DNA from: an uncultured Candidatus Poseidoniales archaeon
Lineage (GTDB): Archaea > Thermoplasmatota > Poseidoniia > Poseidoniales > Poseidoniaceae
Reading direction: 5' to 3'
Assembly (NCBI GenBank): GCA_905182725.1
Contig: CAJJCQ010000013.1
Coordinates: 1,849-65,848 of the forward strand
Length of the DNA stretch: 64,000 bases
Every line of letters begins with the position of its first letter. Position 1 is the first letter of the stretch. Under the pieces are notes generated by a model, which saw nothing but the letters and a program-made list of their open reading frames with translations, was not told the origin of the DNA and did no database searches. The position numbers and the translations under genes were made by a program. This document shows positions 50,131 through 59,260 of this stretch, piece by piece.

Positions 50131-50585
50131 AGTATCACCTCTTGGAGATTCGAAGAAAGGGCGTGTAAGGCGTCATGGTCTGCTTCCTCGCCCATCGGTG
50201 GAGCATGTGGCCACATAGCCTGTAAGGTAGAGCCACCATCGCCTGAATGGCGGGGAATGACATGCGCATGGACGTGCGGAACTTCTTGACCTGCTAATGG
50301 GCCATCGTGGATACATACGGTGAAATCTTCTGTTTCAAAATGCTTGGAAAGGATACGTTGTACTTCAACTACGCCGGCAAATAAAGCATCTCTCGAAGCT
50401 GGAGAAAGTTCGGAAAGGCGTTGCACGCTTTGCTTTGGAATGACCAGTGTGTGGCCTTCCCGGCGCGGGAAGATGTCCAAGAATGAATACCACAATTCAT
50501 CTTCAGCAACTTTGTGTGAGGGGAGGCTTCCCTCTACGATTCGGTCGAACAAGGTGGGCTCAGCCATAGCCTCGCTAAATGGCAT
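50127..50585 (-). CDS. HIT-family (histidine triad) hydrolase
   Basis: HTLVIPKQ ... HVHAHVIPR histidine triad. Confidence 0.75.
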   Translation of the reverse strand: MPFSEAMAEPTLFDRIVEGSLPSHKVAEDELWYSFLDIFPRREGHTLVIPKQSVQRLSELSPASRDALFAGVVEVQRILSKHFETEDFTVCIHDGPLAGQEVPHVHAHVIPRHSGDGGSTLQAMWPHAPPMGEEADHDALHALSSNLQEVIL

Positions 50586-50624
50586 CCCTTTTCAGTAGTT
50601 CACCAAAATCTCGATGATTTAGAA

Positions 50625-52289
50625 TTATTGGGGGGGTAAAATCCAATTTCCGGTCTTACTCTTACGGAGAGCCAATGTTTTCACATCTCCAGTTTGATTT
50701 ACGGTATAGTGTGTCAAGTGCTCGTCGTTTGATTCTGCAAAGTCATCGCGGTGATGGCACCCACGTGATTCGCTTCGAGCGAGGGCTGCTTGGGTAGAAG
50801 CGAGGGTGAGGCGGGCTGATGCCTGTGCGCGTGCTATTTCCACGATGTTTGTGTTTGCAATCAAAGAGGATTGGTCGGCGTGAATAGATTCTGCAAGAAT
50901 TCCTGCGGATTCTAATGATTCAATTGCTGATTCAAGACCTGCTGCAGTACGATTGAAACCGAGCGCACTTTGGACTGTGTCTCGGATTTTCGAAACAACA
51001 TGGCCCACACGTACAACGCCCTCTTCATCATGCTCTGAAACAGCAGCATGGTCTGCTTGGGCGGATTGTTCTGCATCGTGAGCGAGGTGGGCGTTGGAAA
51101 ACTTACGCTTTTGAACCCAGGCGCCTGCGTGAATTCCAGCGGCTGCGCCACCAAGTAGAGCATCGAGCATTTGGTTACCTGGCAAAAGGTCTGCGCCATG
51201 GAATCCTGAGCATGATGCATCACCGGCAGCATACAACCCGGTGAACCAGCGAGACCAAGAAGAAAGAATTGCACGCCCAAATTCATCGACAGATATTCCA
51301 CCGATTGTCGAATATGGGCGGACCTCTACGGCGATAGTTTGTCGATTCAAATCGACACCAGTTCGTTGTTTGACACTGCGGAACACTGCCTCCCACCACT
51401 TGGAAGAGTCGCCCAAGTCTCGGGCGTCGAGGACCGGTTGGAAGGCCTTTGAAACAGATTGGCACATTGCGTCTAATCCGCCTTCGCCGATTTCTAAATC
51501 ATTCCCATTTGCTTCATGTAATGTTGCGCCATCATGGAGAAGGCCAAGTGGCAAAATCATGTTGGTATCTTTAATTCCAAGAGGTGTGTGAGCGATAAAT
51601 TCTAAATCGCGCAATGAAACTCCAGCACGGAGTGCAAGATCAAGACCGAGGCCAACTGCTCCATGGCTGAAGGCGCCTTCGAATCCTCCATCTGCAAGGA
51701 TGACTGCTTTGGCTTGCAATGCAACGATACGGCCATTGACCAAATCAACCACCGTCATTCCACTAACGGATTGATTGGTGTGAATCAAAGAAAGTGGTAG
51801 ATGGTCTCCACGGCGTATTACGCCATGTCGCATGCACTGTTCTTCAAGGATTTGTTGGATTTCTCGACCGGTTGCATCGCCCGCATCTGTATTACGAGTC
51901 ATGCCATGGCCTGGTGCTTTTCGAGTCAGTGGAATTCCGTGTGCATCGCGCCGGAAATTTACCCCCCAGCGCTCAAGCAAATCCACTTGTCGCGTTGCAT
52001 CTGCTGTTCGAGATGCGACAATATCTTGGTCGTTCAAGTACACACCTGCACGAATCGTATCTTCACGATGGCCACGATTATTCGATTCTTGAAGTGGTGC
52101 TGCAAGCCCGTCTTGAGCGAGATGAGTGGCACTACCAAGTGCGTTCACTGAAAGAACGAGAGTTGTAGCTCCTTGCTTTGCAGCCTCTGCTGCTGAACGG
52201 AGGGCCGCGGGCCCGTCGCCTAGTACGATGACATCCCATGCTTCCAAGGTCCCACATCCGGTAATTTCACCCAAGTGCACCCCATCCAT
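50625..52289 (-). CDS. FAD-dependent flavoprotein of the SdhA/FrdA/NadB (L-aspartate oxidase) family
   Basis: N-terminal DVIVLGDGPAALRSA dinucleotide fold, SATHLAQDG, C-terminal ESRGCHHRDDF; the ORF extends to 52400. Confidence 0.65.
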   Translation of the reverse strand: MDGVHLGEITGCGTLEAWDVIVLGDGPAALRSAAEAAKQGATTLVLSVNALGSATHLAQDGLAAPLQESNNRGHREDTIRAGVYLNDQDIVASRTADATRQVDLLERWGVNFRRDAHGIPLTRKAPGHGMTRNTDAGDATGREIQQILEEQCMRHGVIRRGDHLPLSLIHTNQSVSGMTVVDLVNGRIVALQAKAVILADGGFEGAFSHGAVGLGLDLALRAGVSLRDLEFIAHTPLGIKDTNMILPLGLLHDGATLHEANGNDLEIGEGGLDAMCQSVSKAFQPVLDARDLGDSSKWWEAVFRSVKQRTGVDLNRQTIAVEVRPYSTIGGISVDEFGRAILSSWSRWFTGLYAAGDASCSGFHGADLLPGNQMLDALLGGAAAGIHAGAWVQKRKFSNAHLAHDAEQSAQADHAAVSEHDEEGVVRVGHVVSKIRDTVQSALGFNRTAAGLESAIESLESAGILAESIHADQSSLIANTNIVEIARAQASARLTLASTQAALARSESRGCHHRDDFAESNDEHLTHYTVNQTGDVKTLALRKSKTGNWILPPQ

Positions 52290-52347
52290 AAGCAACGCGC
52301 TTAAGCGGCCTCCAGAAATAGAAGCGGTTGAAGGGGTGGAAATGATA

Positions 52348-53904
52348 TCAGTTGGTAACTTCCTCGCCAAAAAGAAGCTTTGGCAAAGGCAACTCGCCAT
52401 GCCGTCGGGCGGCCTCTAATTTCCGGATTCTGGTTTGGGTTTGACTCCCTGCGCTTCGTTGAACCATTGTTCGAATAACTTGAGACTCTAATACAATCCC
52501 ATCATCATCTCGAAGAATGACTTGGACATCGGCAGGACCATTGAAACTTCTTGGCCATGCCACGCCGATCCAAAGAACAACACCGCGCTCAAGATACCGA
52601 GGCATCCAATCCAGAGCATCGTCATCCGTTGGATGTGACAGCAGCACTGAACTTTGAGGAGGTGGGCATGCACTCAATTCGAAACGATGGTCACGCGTTT
52701 CAGGTTCACCGTTAGGCGTCAAAACTTCAACTCGGACATGCCGAGATTCGAATGTTTGATTGTTGAGGACAATGAACAGGTTGCCTGAACCTTCGTAGCA
52801 GTTTTCATCCAAAGCCACATCCATCCGCCATTCTGCCCGAAGCATAGGCGGAGTGCCTGCAAGGAGGTCATTCTGTAATCGATCAAGCAACAAAAAGGCT
52901 TCCGGTTGCCACCCCCTTGAATGTGCAAGAAGGCGTTGAATTGTTCTCCAATTAAATCGCGCTTCATTGTCGAGAAGAAGAGATTTAAATCGTTTTTCGA
53001 TGATGAAGGATTTTAATTCATCATAGGCCTTTTCCGTACTTAACTCCTGCTCCAAATGCAGATGTAGAATATAGAGGAGACGTTCGAGTGCCTGTTTCGT
53101 GATGTGGCCTGGAATCAAAGCTTTGCGAAATTCTATTTGCCAGGTCTCCCATTCTAGAAAAAGATCAGGATCTAGATGAGCAACCAGTAAATCTCCTAAA
53201 ACGCTCCCTAATTGTGTTGGGTGGTGAGTTGGGGCATGAAAAACAATAGAGGGAAATGGGTCGCCAAGTTGACGGATAAAACCGTACGAGAAAATACCGT
53301 GGAAAGATTGAGCAATCCCAAGTGTCATCGCCACGAGAAGAGCGAGATTCCATGCGAGTGAATTCGGAGTAACTGCTGAAGCAAGTATGAGTAACGTCAC
53401 TGTTGAGGCTGAAAGCAATCCCAATACTGCATTATTTCGGCGTTGGTCGCTCAGACTTTCGATGATTCTATCCATCCCCGGTTGGGCTCGCAATACGTGT
53501 GTTTTACCTCCAGAAACGCCACCTTGCTCCCGTAGTGAAATACGGGCTTGCATAGCCTGCCATGCTGATTCTCCAGCGATCACAGTCGGGCCAGCAGAAA
53601 TCAGAGCAAATGGAATCAATATGAAAATAAGTCCGTTAGCCGATTCGATTAAAGGGGAATAAAGGACACTCACAAAGGCGAACATGGCGAGAAAAAAACC
53701 ATTCAATGTTCGCCAAATCATGAGGAGCGGGTTTCGGGCAATACGCCCCGCAAGAAGACGTCGTCGCTCGAGTATAGCCCATTGTTCCCGGGTGTTTTCA
53801 ATAGGATCTTCTGAATATTCAAATCCTTCACCGTAGGGGTCGGGCAGAGGAATATACGCTTCAGAACTGGTCGCTCCCTCCCTGCCTGATGTCATGATGC
53901 TCAT
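52348..53904 (-). CDS. polytopic membrane protein (hypothetical)
   Basis: Several TM helices in the N-terminal half, soluble C-terminal half. Confidence 0.35.
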   Translation of the reverse strand: MSIMTSGREGATSSEAYIPLPDPYGEGFEYSEDPIENTREQWAILERRRLLAGRIARNPLLMIWRTLNGFFLAMFAFVSVLYSPLIESANGLIFILIPFALISAGPTVIAGESAWQAMQARISLREQGGVSGGKTHVLRAQPGMDRIIESLSDQRRNNAVLGLLSASTVTLLILASAVTPNSLAWNLALLVAMTLGIAQSFHGIFSYGFIRQLGDPFPSIVFHAPTHHPTQLGSVLGDLLVAHLDPDLFLEWETWQIEFRKALIPGHITKQALERLLYILHLHLEQELSTEKAYDELKSFIIEKRFKSLLLDNEARFNWRTIQRLLAHSRGWQPEAFLLLDRLQNDLLAGTPPMLRAEWRMDVALDENCYEGSGNLFIVLNNQTFESRHVRVEVLTPNGEPETRDHRFELSACPPPQSSVLLSHPTDDDALDWMPRYLERGVVLWIGVAWPRSFNGPADVQVILRDDDGIVLESQVIRTMVQRSAGSQTQTRIRKLEAARRHGELPLPKLLFGEEVTN

Positions 53905-53971
53905 GTCAAGACGGGGGCTCTTTCAATTTGGCTCTTGCCTTCAAACATAACAAGGTACGAGTGAAAATGTA

Positions 53972-54045
53972 CGGGCGTGCCAGGATTTGAACCCGGGATC
54001 TTCGGCTTAGGAGGCCAACGCATTATCCAGCTGTGCTACACGCCC
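53972..54045 (-). tRNA. tRNA-Arg (anticodon CCT)
   Basis: Hand-folded cloverleaf: acceptor GGGCGTG/CACGCCC, anticodon stem TTGGC/GCCGA with loop CTCCTAA, T-arm CCGGG-TTCAAAT-CCTGG, discriminator G, no encoded CCA. Confidence 0.8.
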
Positions 54046-54067
54046 AACCGGCCCAGTGGACCGGGTG

Positions 54068-55213
54068 TCAAGACGCTTTCGCAACGTTCATCCTTTGCCC
54101 TATTTCAGCAACTTGAAACAAAAACTGTTCCAATTCAATTCTTCCTTGCATCGAACGGTGGAGAGCGACATCACAAACAGAAAGTGCGAGTAGAATTTCT
54201 GCGAGAACATCTTCGCCAAGGTGGAAGCGGCCTTCGGTCAGCACATGATGGAAATTGACCACGATGTCTTCTGCTTCAAGGCTATTTTCAGCCATGACTT
54301 GATCGAGTAGCCCCATTGCTCCTTTGAGGACGCGTTTGTTTTTGTTGCCTTCTTTCTCCCACCGCCAATCGTGAACACGGTTGCGCAATGCTTCCTCGAG
54401 AACATGTTGTACTTCACGTAAGGAAGTTGAGGCCAATAGATTTTGCAAATTTTTCCGGTCTCCAAGTAACTCCCGTAAAGCAAGCAATTCAGTAATGAAA
54501 ATCGCCTTACGAATATTTCCAGACGAAACATGTGAGATGTCGCCAATGATGCCCCGGACGGGTGAAAGGTTCTCTTGTTCTACGATTTCGAGAAGCCGGC
54601 GTTCGATTTCTGAACGTGGAATTTTTGGAAGGCGGATATGTTGTGTCCGGCTTCGTAAAGCCTCAATGATTCGCGAAGGTGTATGGGCTGTGAAGATAAA
54701 ACGTGCACTGCCACTGCTCACCTCCATCATCCTACGCAAATAGGATTGGCGGATTGTGCCGAGGTAATCAGCATCTTCGATAACAATTAAACGTGACACT
54801 GGAGCCCTTTCCCCTGTAGTGTGAGTGCATTCTTTACCAGCTGGAGGGGGGGTGTTAGCAGCCGTTGTAGAAAAATTATGATCAAACGCATCGAGGCTTG
54901 TTCGGCCGGCAAGTGTGTCATCCGAACCGCTCCCTTCTGGGCGAAGGAATTCTTCGAATTTTGCCATGGCCCCTGATGTACGTGCAAGGTCACGGGCTTG
55001 GAGGATGTGCGTTCGTGCTTCCCACGTTGGACCGAGAACTTGTCGAGCCAGAAGACGCCACGCTGCAGTTTTTCCAACTCCCGCTGGACCTGAAAGAAGA
55101 AGATGCGGCGGATTTGCCTGAAGTGAAGTATGTTGGAGGCTCGCCTGGACCGGCTCTGGAAGCAATAAATCCTCAAACAAAAGAGGTGCTTTCTCTGCGA
55201 GCCAAGATGACAT
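54068..55213 (-). CDS. replication factor C small-subunit-like AAA+ ATPase with large insertion between Walker A and B
   Basis: Walker A LLLSGPAGVGKT, Walker B/DEAD LIVIEDAD, SRC-like LRSRTQHIRL, sensor-2 GNIRKAI. Confidence 0.5.
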   Translation of the reverse strand: MSSWLAEKAPLLFEDLLLPEPVQASLQHTSLQANPPHLLLSGPAGVGKTAAWRLLARQVLGPTWEARTHILQARDLARTSGAMAKFEEFLRPEGSGSDDTLAGRTSLDAFDHNFSTTAANTPPPAGKECTHTTGERAPVSRLIVIEDADYLGTIRQSYLRRMMEVSSGSARFIFTAHTPSRIIEALRSRTQHIRLPKIPRSEIERRLLEIVEQENLSPVRGIIGDISHVSSGNIRKAIFITELLALRELLGDRKNLQNLLASTSLREVQHVLEEALRNRVHDWRWEKEGNKNKRVLKGAMGLLDQVMAENSLEAEDIVVNFHHVLTEGRFHLGEDVLAEILLALSVCDVALHRSMQGRIELEQFLFQVAEIGQRMNVAKAS

Positions 55214-55272
55214 GGAATCACTCTTATTGCCAGAGGTCTTTCAACCCTGCGCGGAGGTCGTGTGATGTGAAA

Positions 55273-55437
55273 TCACTCGGCTTTGATCGTTTTGTTGCCT
55301 TGGCGGCGTAACTTCATGAATATACGGGAACCACACGCTTTGCAACTGATTCCGTTGCGTTCACGGTGGAACGATTCAAGGTTTCCGCAGACAGCGCATT
55401 TGTAATCAACGAGTTCAACCATAGTATTCGACTCCAT
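55273..55437 (-). CDS. rpoP: DNA-directed RNA polymerase subunit P (Rpo12/RpoP); not in the ORF track (<60 aa)
   Basis: Hand translation: M(ESNT)MVELVDYKCAVCGNLESFHRERNGISCKACGSRIFMKLRRQGNKTIKAE; CxxC...CxxC zinc ribbon with the characteristic RIFMK.R tail. Confidence 0.6.
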   Translation of the reverse strand: MESNTMVELVDYKCAVCGNLESFHRERNGISCKACGSRIFMKLRRQGNKTIKAE

Positions 55438-55507
55438 TCAACGCGACCCACCACCCTTTCTTGAAGGTGTCCCTTGGAACAAGTGTCGGTCAGGTGTTGA
55501 AAACGGC

Positions 55508-55960
55508 TCACTGGCCAGCGAGAAGGGCCGGCACCATGCGAATGTGTTGAGCTGTGCTCAAATCAGTACTTGCAAGGGCATCAGTAGCGACCATGCAATT
55601 GTCAACAAAGACCCAAGAACCGGATTGTTGCCTCGCTTGTTCGACAATTTCGGTCTTGGTCATCTCGACGGTGCTGTGTCCGGTGGCGTCGGCTATTTCC
55701 ACAGTGTACGTTTGCTCTTTACCTGCTTGAAGGGCAGGAACCATACGGATGTGTTGGGCTGTATCAAAGTCTGTGTTCGCAAGATCTTCCGAAGCAACCA
55801 TTCGGTTGTCAACAAAAACCCAGCTGCCTTGACTCTTGGCGGCTTGGTCGATAAGGGCGGTCTTGGTCATCTCGACAACACTGTGTCCAGTGGCATCGGC
55901 TATTTCTACGGTATACGTTTTCTCAGTCATGGGGTTCACTTCAAAAATTGAATACCCCAA
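55508..55960 (-). CDS. tandem-duplicated ~70-aa beta-grasp-like (ThiS/MoaD-resembling) domain protein
   Basis: Two near-identical repeats TYTVEIADATGHS.VEMTKT...GSWVFVDN.MVA..DLA.TD..TAQHIRMVPAL.AG. Confidence 0.4.
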   Translation of the reverse strand: MGYSIFEVNPMTEKTYTVEIADATGHSVVEMTKTALIDQAAKSQGSWVFVDNRMVASEDLANTDFDTAQHIRMVPALQAGKEQTYTVEIADATGHSTVEMTKTEIVEQARQQSGSWVFVDNCMVATDALASTDLSTAQHIRMVPALLAGQ

Positions 55961-55975
55961 CAGTATATCAAGAAA

Positions 55976-56254
55976 ATGAAGAAATGGAGGTCGGGTGAAA
56001 AGGAAAAGTGCATCTGGGTAACTATGGATGCATGGCTCATCACCTTCCTCTGTGGCTGCATAATAGTGCTCGGCCTAAGCCTCCTCCTCATCCCTTCACT
56101 GTATGTTACTCTCCCATCATCTGAAGTCATGGTTCGCTACGATAACCAAAACATCGAAGCGATGGGGGCTAAAGCAAATGCAAGGGCGGTGGCTGAAGCA
56201 AAATTGTCGAAGGATTTGTTAAATGAGTTTTTACAACGATTGGATGAGATCTAA
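55976..56254 (+). CDS. small membrane protein (hypothetical)
   Basis: One TM LITFLCGCIIVLGLSLLLIPSL; weak. Confidence 0.2.
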   Translation: MKKWRSGEKEKCIWVTMDAWLITFLCGCIIVLGLSLLLIPSLYVTLPSSEVMVRYDNQNIEAMGAKANARAVAEAKLSKDLLNEFLQRLDEI

Positions 56255-56281
56255 ACCCATGGCAGTTGCAAAAGTCAGGTA

Positions 56282-57241
56282 TTAAACTCGAGCCATCAAT
56301 CCAAGTGAGAGTGGAATTGGGGAGAGGAATCTTTGATGAATCGCCGAGTCAATATGACATCTGCGCAAATGATGTTGAAGGAGCGTCAATGGTGCTGAGC
56401 GAGGAAGAAGGCCCTGGCGGAAATCCTGAATCACCTCAAGCATTTCTTGGCGTTCGTTCTTGCTTAAGTTACTGGACAGTTTACCCAATACGCGTTCCAT
56501 TGCATGAGCAATTGGTCCGCTTTTGGTCAGTACGTTAAGTGATTTTTGCGCTTCTGTCATGTAAGCAAGGGCAACGGCTTCAGGCCGGTCACCGTTGTCG
56601 AAGCCTTTTGCAATGAGGCGCCCAAGTCTGCGCTTGCCATCAGGTGAGCGACTCAAGAGGAAGAGTTTGTTGACATTATGAAATTCCATAATTGCCTTAG
56701 CAGTCCATCCTTTGAGGCCTTCTTGATACCAAAGTGAAAAGAAATGTACGCGGGCAAGATAATGTTCTGCTTGGCGTGCATCGGTCAATCGACCTTCTTC
56801 GATTACAGGAATATGTGGGTAAAGAGTTGTGAAGACCTTAGCAAACATACCCATCCCATCGCGGGTTGCTTGCACATGCCCTTCACGGTAGACCTTCACG
56901 CGTTCAAGACCGCAACTCGGGGAGTCCTTCTTGAATACGAAACCGCAGATCCCTGATTCAACGAGTGCATCAGCTTGGAGTTGTGCGTATTCAATCATTG
57001 GAGAAGTAAAATCGTCACCGTTTTTTGGATTAACCAGGCGGATTGATTCTCCATTGTTGACCAGCCGAATCGTTGGGCGGGGGGTGCCCATTCCGATCCC
57101 AACTTCGGGGCAAACACCCATCAATTCAAAATGCCCGCTCCACTTTCGTGTCAAGGCTCTGAACTCAGCAGCATCGCCGTTGTAGCGAACTTTTTCCCCG
57201 AGTAAACATGCAGAAACTGCAAGTTTGGGTTTGTGTTCCAT
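56282..57241 (-). CDS. DUF523/DUF1722 fusion protein
   Basis: N-terminal SACLLGEKVRYNG...GVCPEVGIGMGTPRP (DUF523-like) plus helical C-terminal domain. Confidence 0.45.
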   Translation of the reverse strand: MEHKPKLAVSACLLGEKVRYNGDAAEFRALTRKWSGHFELMGVCPEVGIGMGTPRPTIRLVNNGESIRLVNPKNGDDFTSPMIEYAQLQADALVESGICGFVFKKDSPSCGLERVKVYREGHVQATRDGMGMFAKVFTTLYPHIPVIEEGRLTDARQAEHYLARVHFFSLWYQEGLKGWTAKAIMEFHNVNKLFLLSRSPDGKRRLGRLIAKGFDNGDRPEAVALAYMTEAQKSLNVLTKSGPIAHAMERVLGKLSSNLSKNERQEMLEVIQDFRQGLLPRSAPLTLLQHHLRRCHIDSAIHQRFLSPIPLSLGLMARV

Positions 57242-57306
57242 GGCCTCGTGTCATCGAATCAGTATATCAAGAAATGTTTATCAACACAGAAAAAGAAGAG
57301 AGTAGG

Positions 57307-57378
57307 CGCCCACTCCGAGAATTGAACTCGGGTCGCAGGAATGACAATCCTGCATGATAACCTCTACACCAAGCGGGC
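57307..57378 (-). tRNA. tRNA-Asp (anticodon GTC)
   Basis: Hand-folded: acceptor GCCCGCT/AGTGGGC, anticodon stem CAGGA/TCCTG with loop TTGTCAT, T-arm CCGAG-TTCAATT-CTCGG, discriminator G. Confidence 0.8.
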
Positions 57379-57446
57379 CTAAGCAAGACATCCGTTACGG
57401 AACCGCTATTTAAGCCGCGCCATGTGGACGGTGTGGGGCGTAATCT

Positions 57447-58895
57447 ATGGCGGGAAAGAAAACATCTGCTGAACAAACAAAAGAAGAGCAAAAGGATAAC
57501 CAGGTTGGGAATATGCTTGATGCCGCTTTTGGAGACCTCGGAGGGTTGCAAAAAGCCCCTGAAGAGGAAGTCATCGAAATCCCTGAATCTATCGAAGAAA
57601 CGGTGATTGAAGAACCGGTGGTTGAAGAACAACTTGTGGCTGAAGTCGTTGAAGCGCCTCTCGAAGAAGAAACAGAAGTCGAAGAGGAAGTACTCGAATC
57701 TCCAACAGGTCCTCCGTCAGGCCCACCATCGGGTCCGCCATCAAAGTCCCCAGCGGGCCCTCCATCAGGCCCACCATCAGGCCCACCATCGGGTCCGCCA
57801 TCAAAATCTCCAGCGGGCCCTCCTTCAGTTCCACCGTCAGGCCCACCATCGGGTCCGCCATCGGGTCCGCCATCAGGCCCATCACCAAGCCCTCCTTCAG
57901 CTCCACCGTCAGGCCCACCGTCAGACGCTCCATCCGACTCTCCTTCGGAACCTCCCCCCGAAGAAGTCCATGAATCTCTTTCAAAACCTCAAGAAGTTGA
58001 AGAGATGGTTTCAGAAGAAATACCTGCTGAACCTGCAATGGAAGATGCTCCAATAGAGCATACACCAGTGGAAGAGGAAAACGTCATTGAAGAGACGCTC
58101 GTTGAATCGGTTGAAGAATCGAAGATCGAAGAGGCTCAACCTGAAATCAATGAGCAGCATATGCTTGCAGAACAAGAGATTGCTCGACTTAATGCTGAAG
58201 TTGAACGTTTGAGACAATCCGTGGCAGGCGCTGCTGATGTGATTGAAGAACTCGAAAACCCTCCAATGCCTCCTGCAGTCATCGAAGACATTGTCATCGG
58301 TGCATACATCGTCGGTGATTTCGCTCGACTTGCACGGCAACTCGACCGTGAACAATTGATTCGTGCTACGATGGGGACCATCGCTATGCTTCACCCAGAA
58401 AACCTCAGCATTATGATTTCCACACGCAATCGTACAATGTTGCCTCGGCTTGATGAGCGTGGTTTGTGTGCAGGTCTTCTCGGACAACAAACTCCCCCTC
58501 GAGGAGCCCCTTCGGATTGGAGAGTCATGGAAGTCATTCTTGCCTCTGTTAGCATTGTCACAGGAGGTCCTGCTGCAGTCATTCATTCGTACGGAGCTTG
58601 TACAACTGCCGTCAGCAGCGAGAAAGATTTAGTCCTCGTTCAACCAATTGATGTCACTGGAAAGGAACAAATTGGCAAGGTCATTATCGTTGACCCTGAT
58701 TATGACAACCTTGATAATTTCTTACGACAAACTGTAGAGGCGCTCAATCAAGGCGGCATGCGATGTGTTGTTGTCCGTGGAATGGGCGCTTACGCAGTCG
58801 GGGCTGACCTTGACCAAGCGTGGGCCAATGCGGCAATGCTTGAACACAGTATGCGTATTGTATTGTTAGCCCGTCAAGCAAATCTTAAGATTTGA
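57447..58895 (+). CDS. acidic/Pro-rich (GPPS)n repeat protein with C-terminal class II aldolase/adducin-like domain
   Basis: N-terminal acidic region, ~75-aa GPPSGPPSGPPSKSPA tandem repeats, coiled coil, then a ~210-aa domain (GAYIVGD..., VIHSYGAC, VVVRGMGAYAVGADLDQAW) resembling class II aldolase/adducin. Confidence 0.45.
   Translation: MAGKKTSAEQTKEEQKDNQVGNMLDAAFGDLGGLQKAPEEEVIEIPESIEETVIEEPVVEEQLVAEVVEAPLEEETEVEEEVLESPTGPPSGPPSGPPSKSPAGPPSGPPSGPPSGPPSKSPAGPPSVPPSGPPSGPPSGPPSGPSPSPPSAPPSGPPSDAPSDSPSEPPPEEVHESLSKPQEVEEMVSEEIPAEPAMEDAPIEHTPVEEENVIEETLVESVEESKIEEAQPEINEQHMLAEQEIARLNAEVERLRQSVAGAADVIEELENPPMPPAVIEDIVIGAYIVGDFARLARQLDREQLIRATMGTIAMLHPENLSIMISTRNRTMLPRLDERGLCAGLLGQQTPPRGAPSDWRVMEVILASVSIVTGGPAAVIHSYGACTTAVSSEKDLVLVQPIDVTGKEQIGKVIIVDPDYDNLDNFLRQTVEALNQGGMRCVVVRGMGAYAVGADLDQAWANAAMLEHSMRIVLLARQANLKI
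57708..57925 (+). repeat. in-frame tandem nucleotide repeat (12-nt GGCCCACCATCG-like unit nested in ~60-nt units) encoding (GPPS)n
   Basis: Visible periodicity ggtcctccgtcaggcccaccatcgggtccgccatca... repeated. Confidence 0.7.
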
Positions 58896-59256
58896 CCTTT
58901 TCAATAAAGACTTGGACATATTCGTCTTTTACTCGTGTTTCATAGATTTTCAAATCTTTTTGTTTTGAAAGTTTTCCGAGCACTTTTCCCCAAGGAGGAA
59001 ACAATGGGAAAGGTGACCATTCTTTTACACTACCATCTTCGATATGATACGTCGACTGATGCAATGGACAGCGGATACATCCATCTTTGATTTTTCCACC
59101 CCACGCCAATGGCCATCCCATATGGCGGCATAGGCCACCAGTGGCGAAATATTCGTCGTCGAGTTGCCCCACCGTAACGGTTTTCAGTCCTAAGGTAACC
59201 ATTTTGGTTTTTCCAGGTTTGAGGCGTTTTGTTTTAATTGCGTTTTTCCAAGTCAT
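58885..59256 (-). CDS. Rieske [2Fe-2S] domain protein
   Basis: CRH-(17 aa)-CPLH Rieske ligand boxes. Confidence 0.6.
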   Translation of the reverse strand: MTWKNAIKTKRLKPGKTKMVTLGLKTVTVGQLDDEYFATGGLCRHMGWPLAWGGKIKDGCIRCPLHQSTYHIEDGSVKEWSPFPLFPPWGKVLGKLSKQKDLKIYETRVKDEYVQVFIEKVKS

Positions 59257-59260
59257 ATAT

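Noticed and set aside
52348-52400. 53-nt overlap between the flavoprotein and upstream membrane-protein ORFs
   Set aside because: It is resolved by using the internal Met (52289) that directly precedes the FAD-binding GxGxxA fold, so it is not a real gene overlap
55314-55511. 65-aa minus-strand ORF in the track
   Set aside because: It overlaps the convincingly RpoP-like reading frame found by hand translation; probably spurious
57708-57925. Tandem DNA repeats considered as a CRISPR or minisatellite array
   Set aside because: The repeats are contiguous with no spacers, in frame within a long ORF, and encode GPPS; no CRISPR arrays were found anywhere in the window
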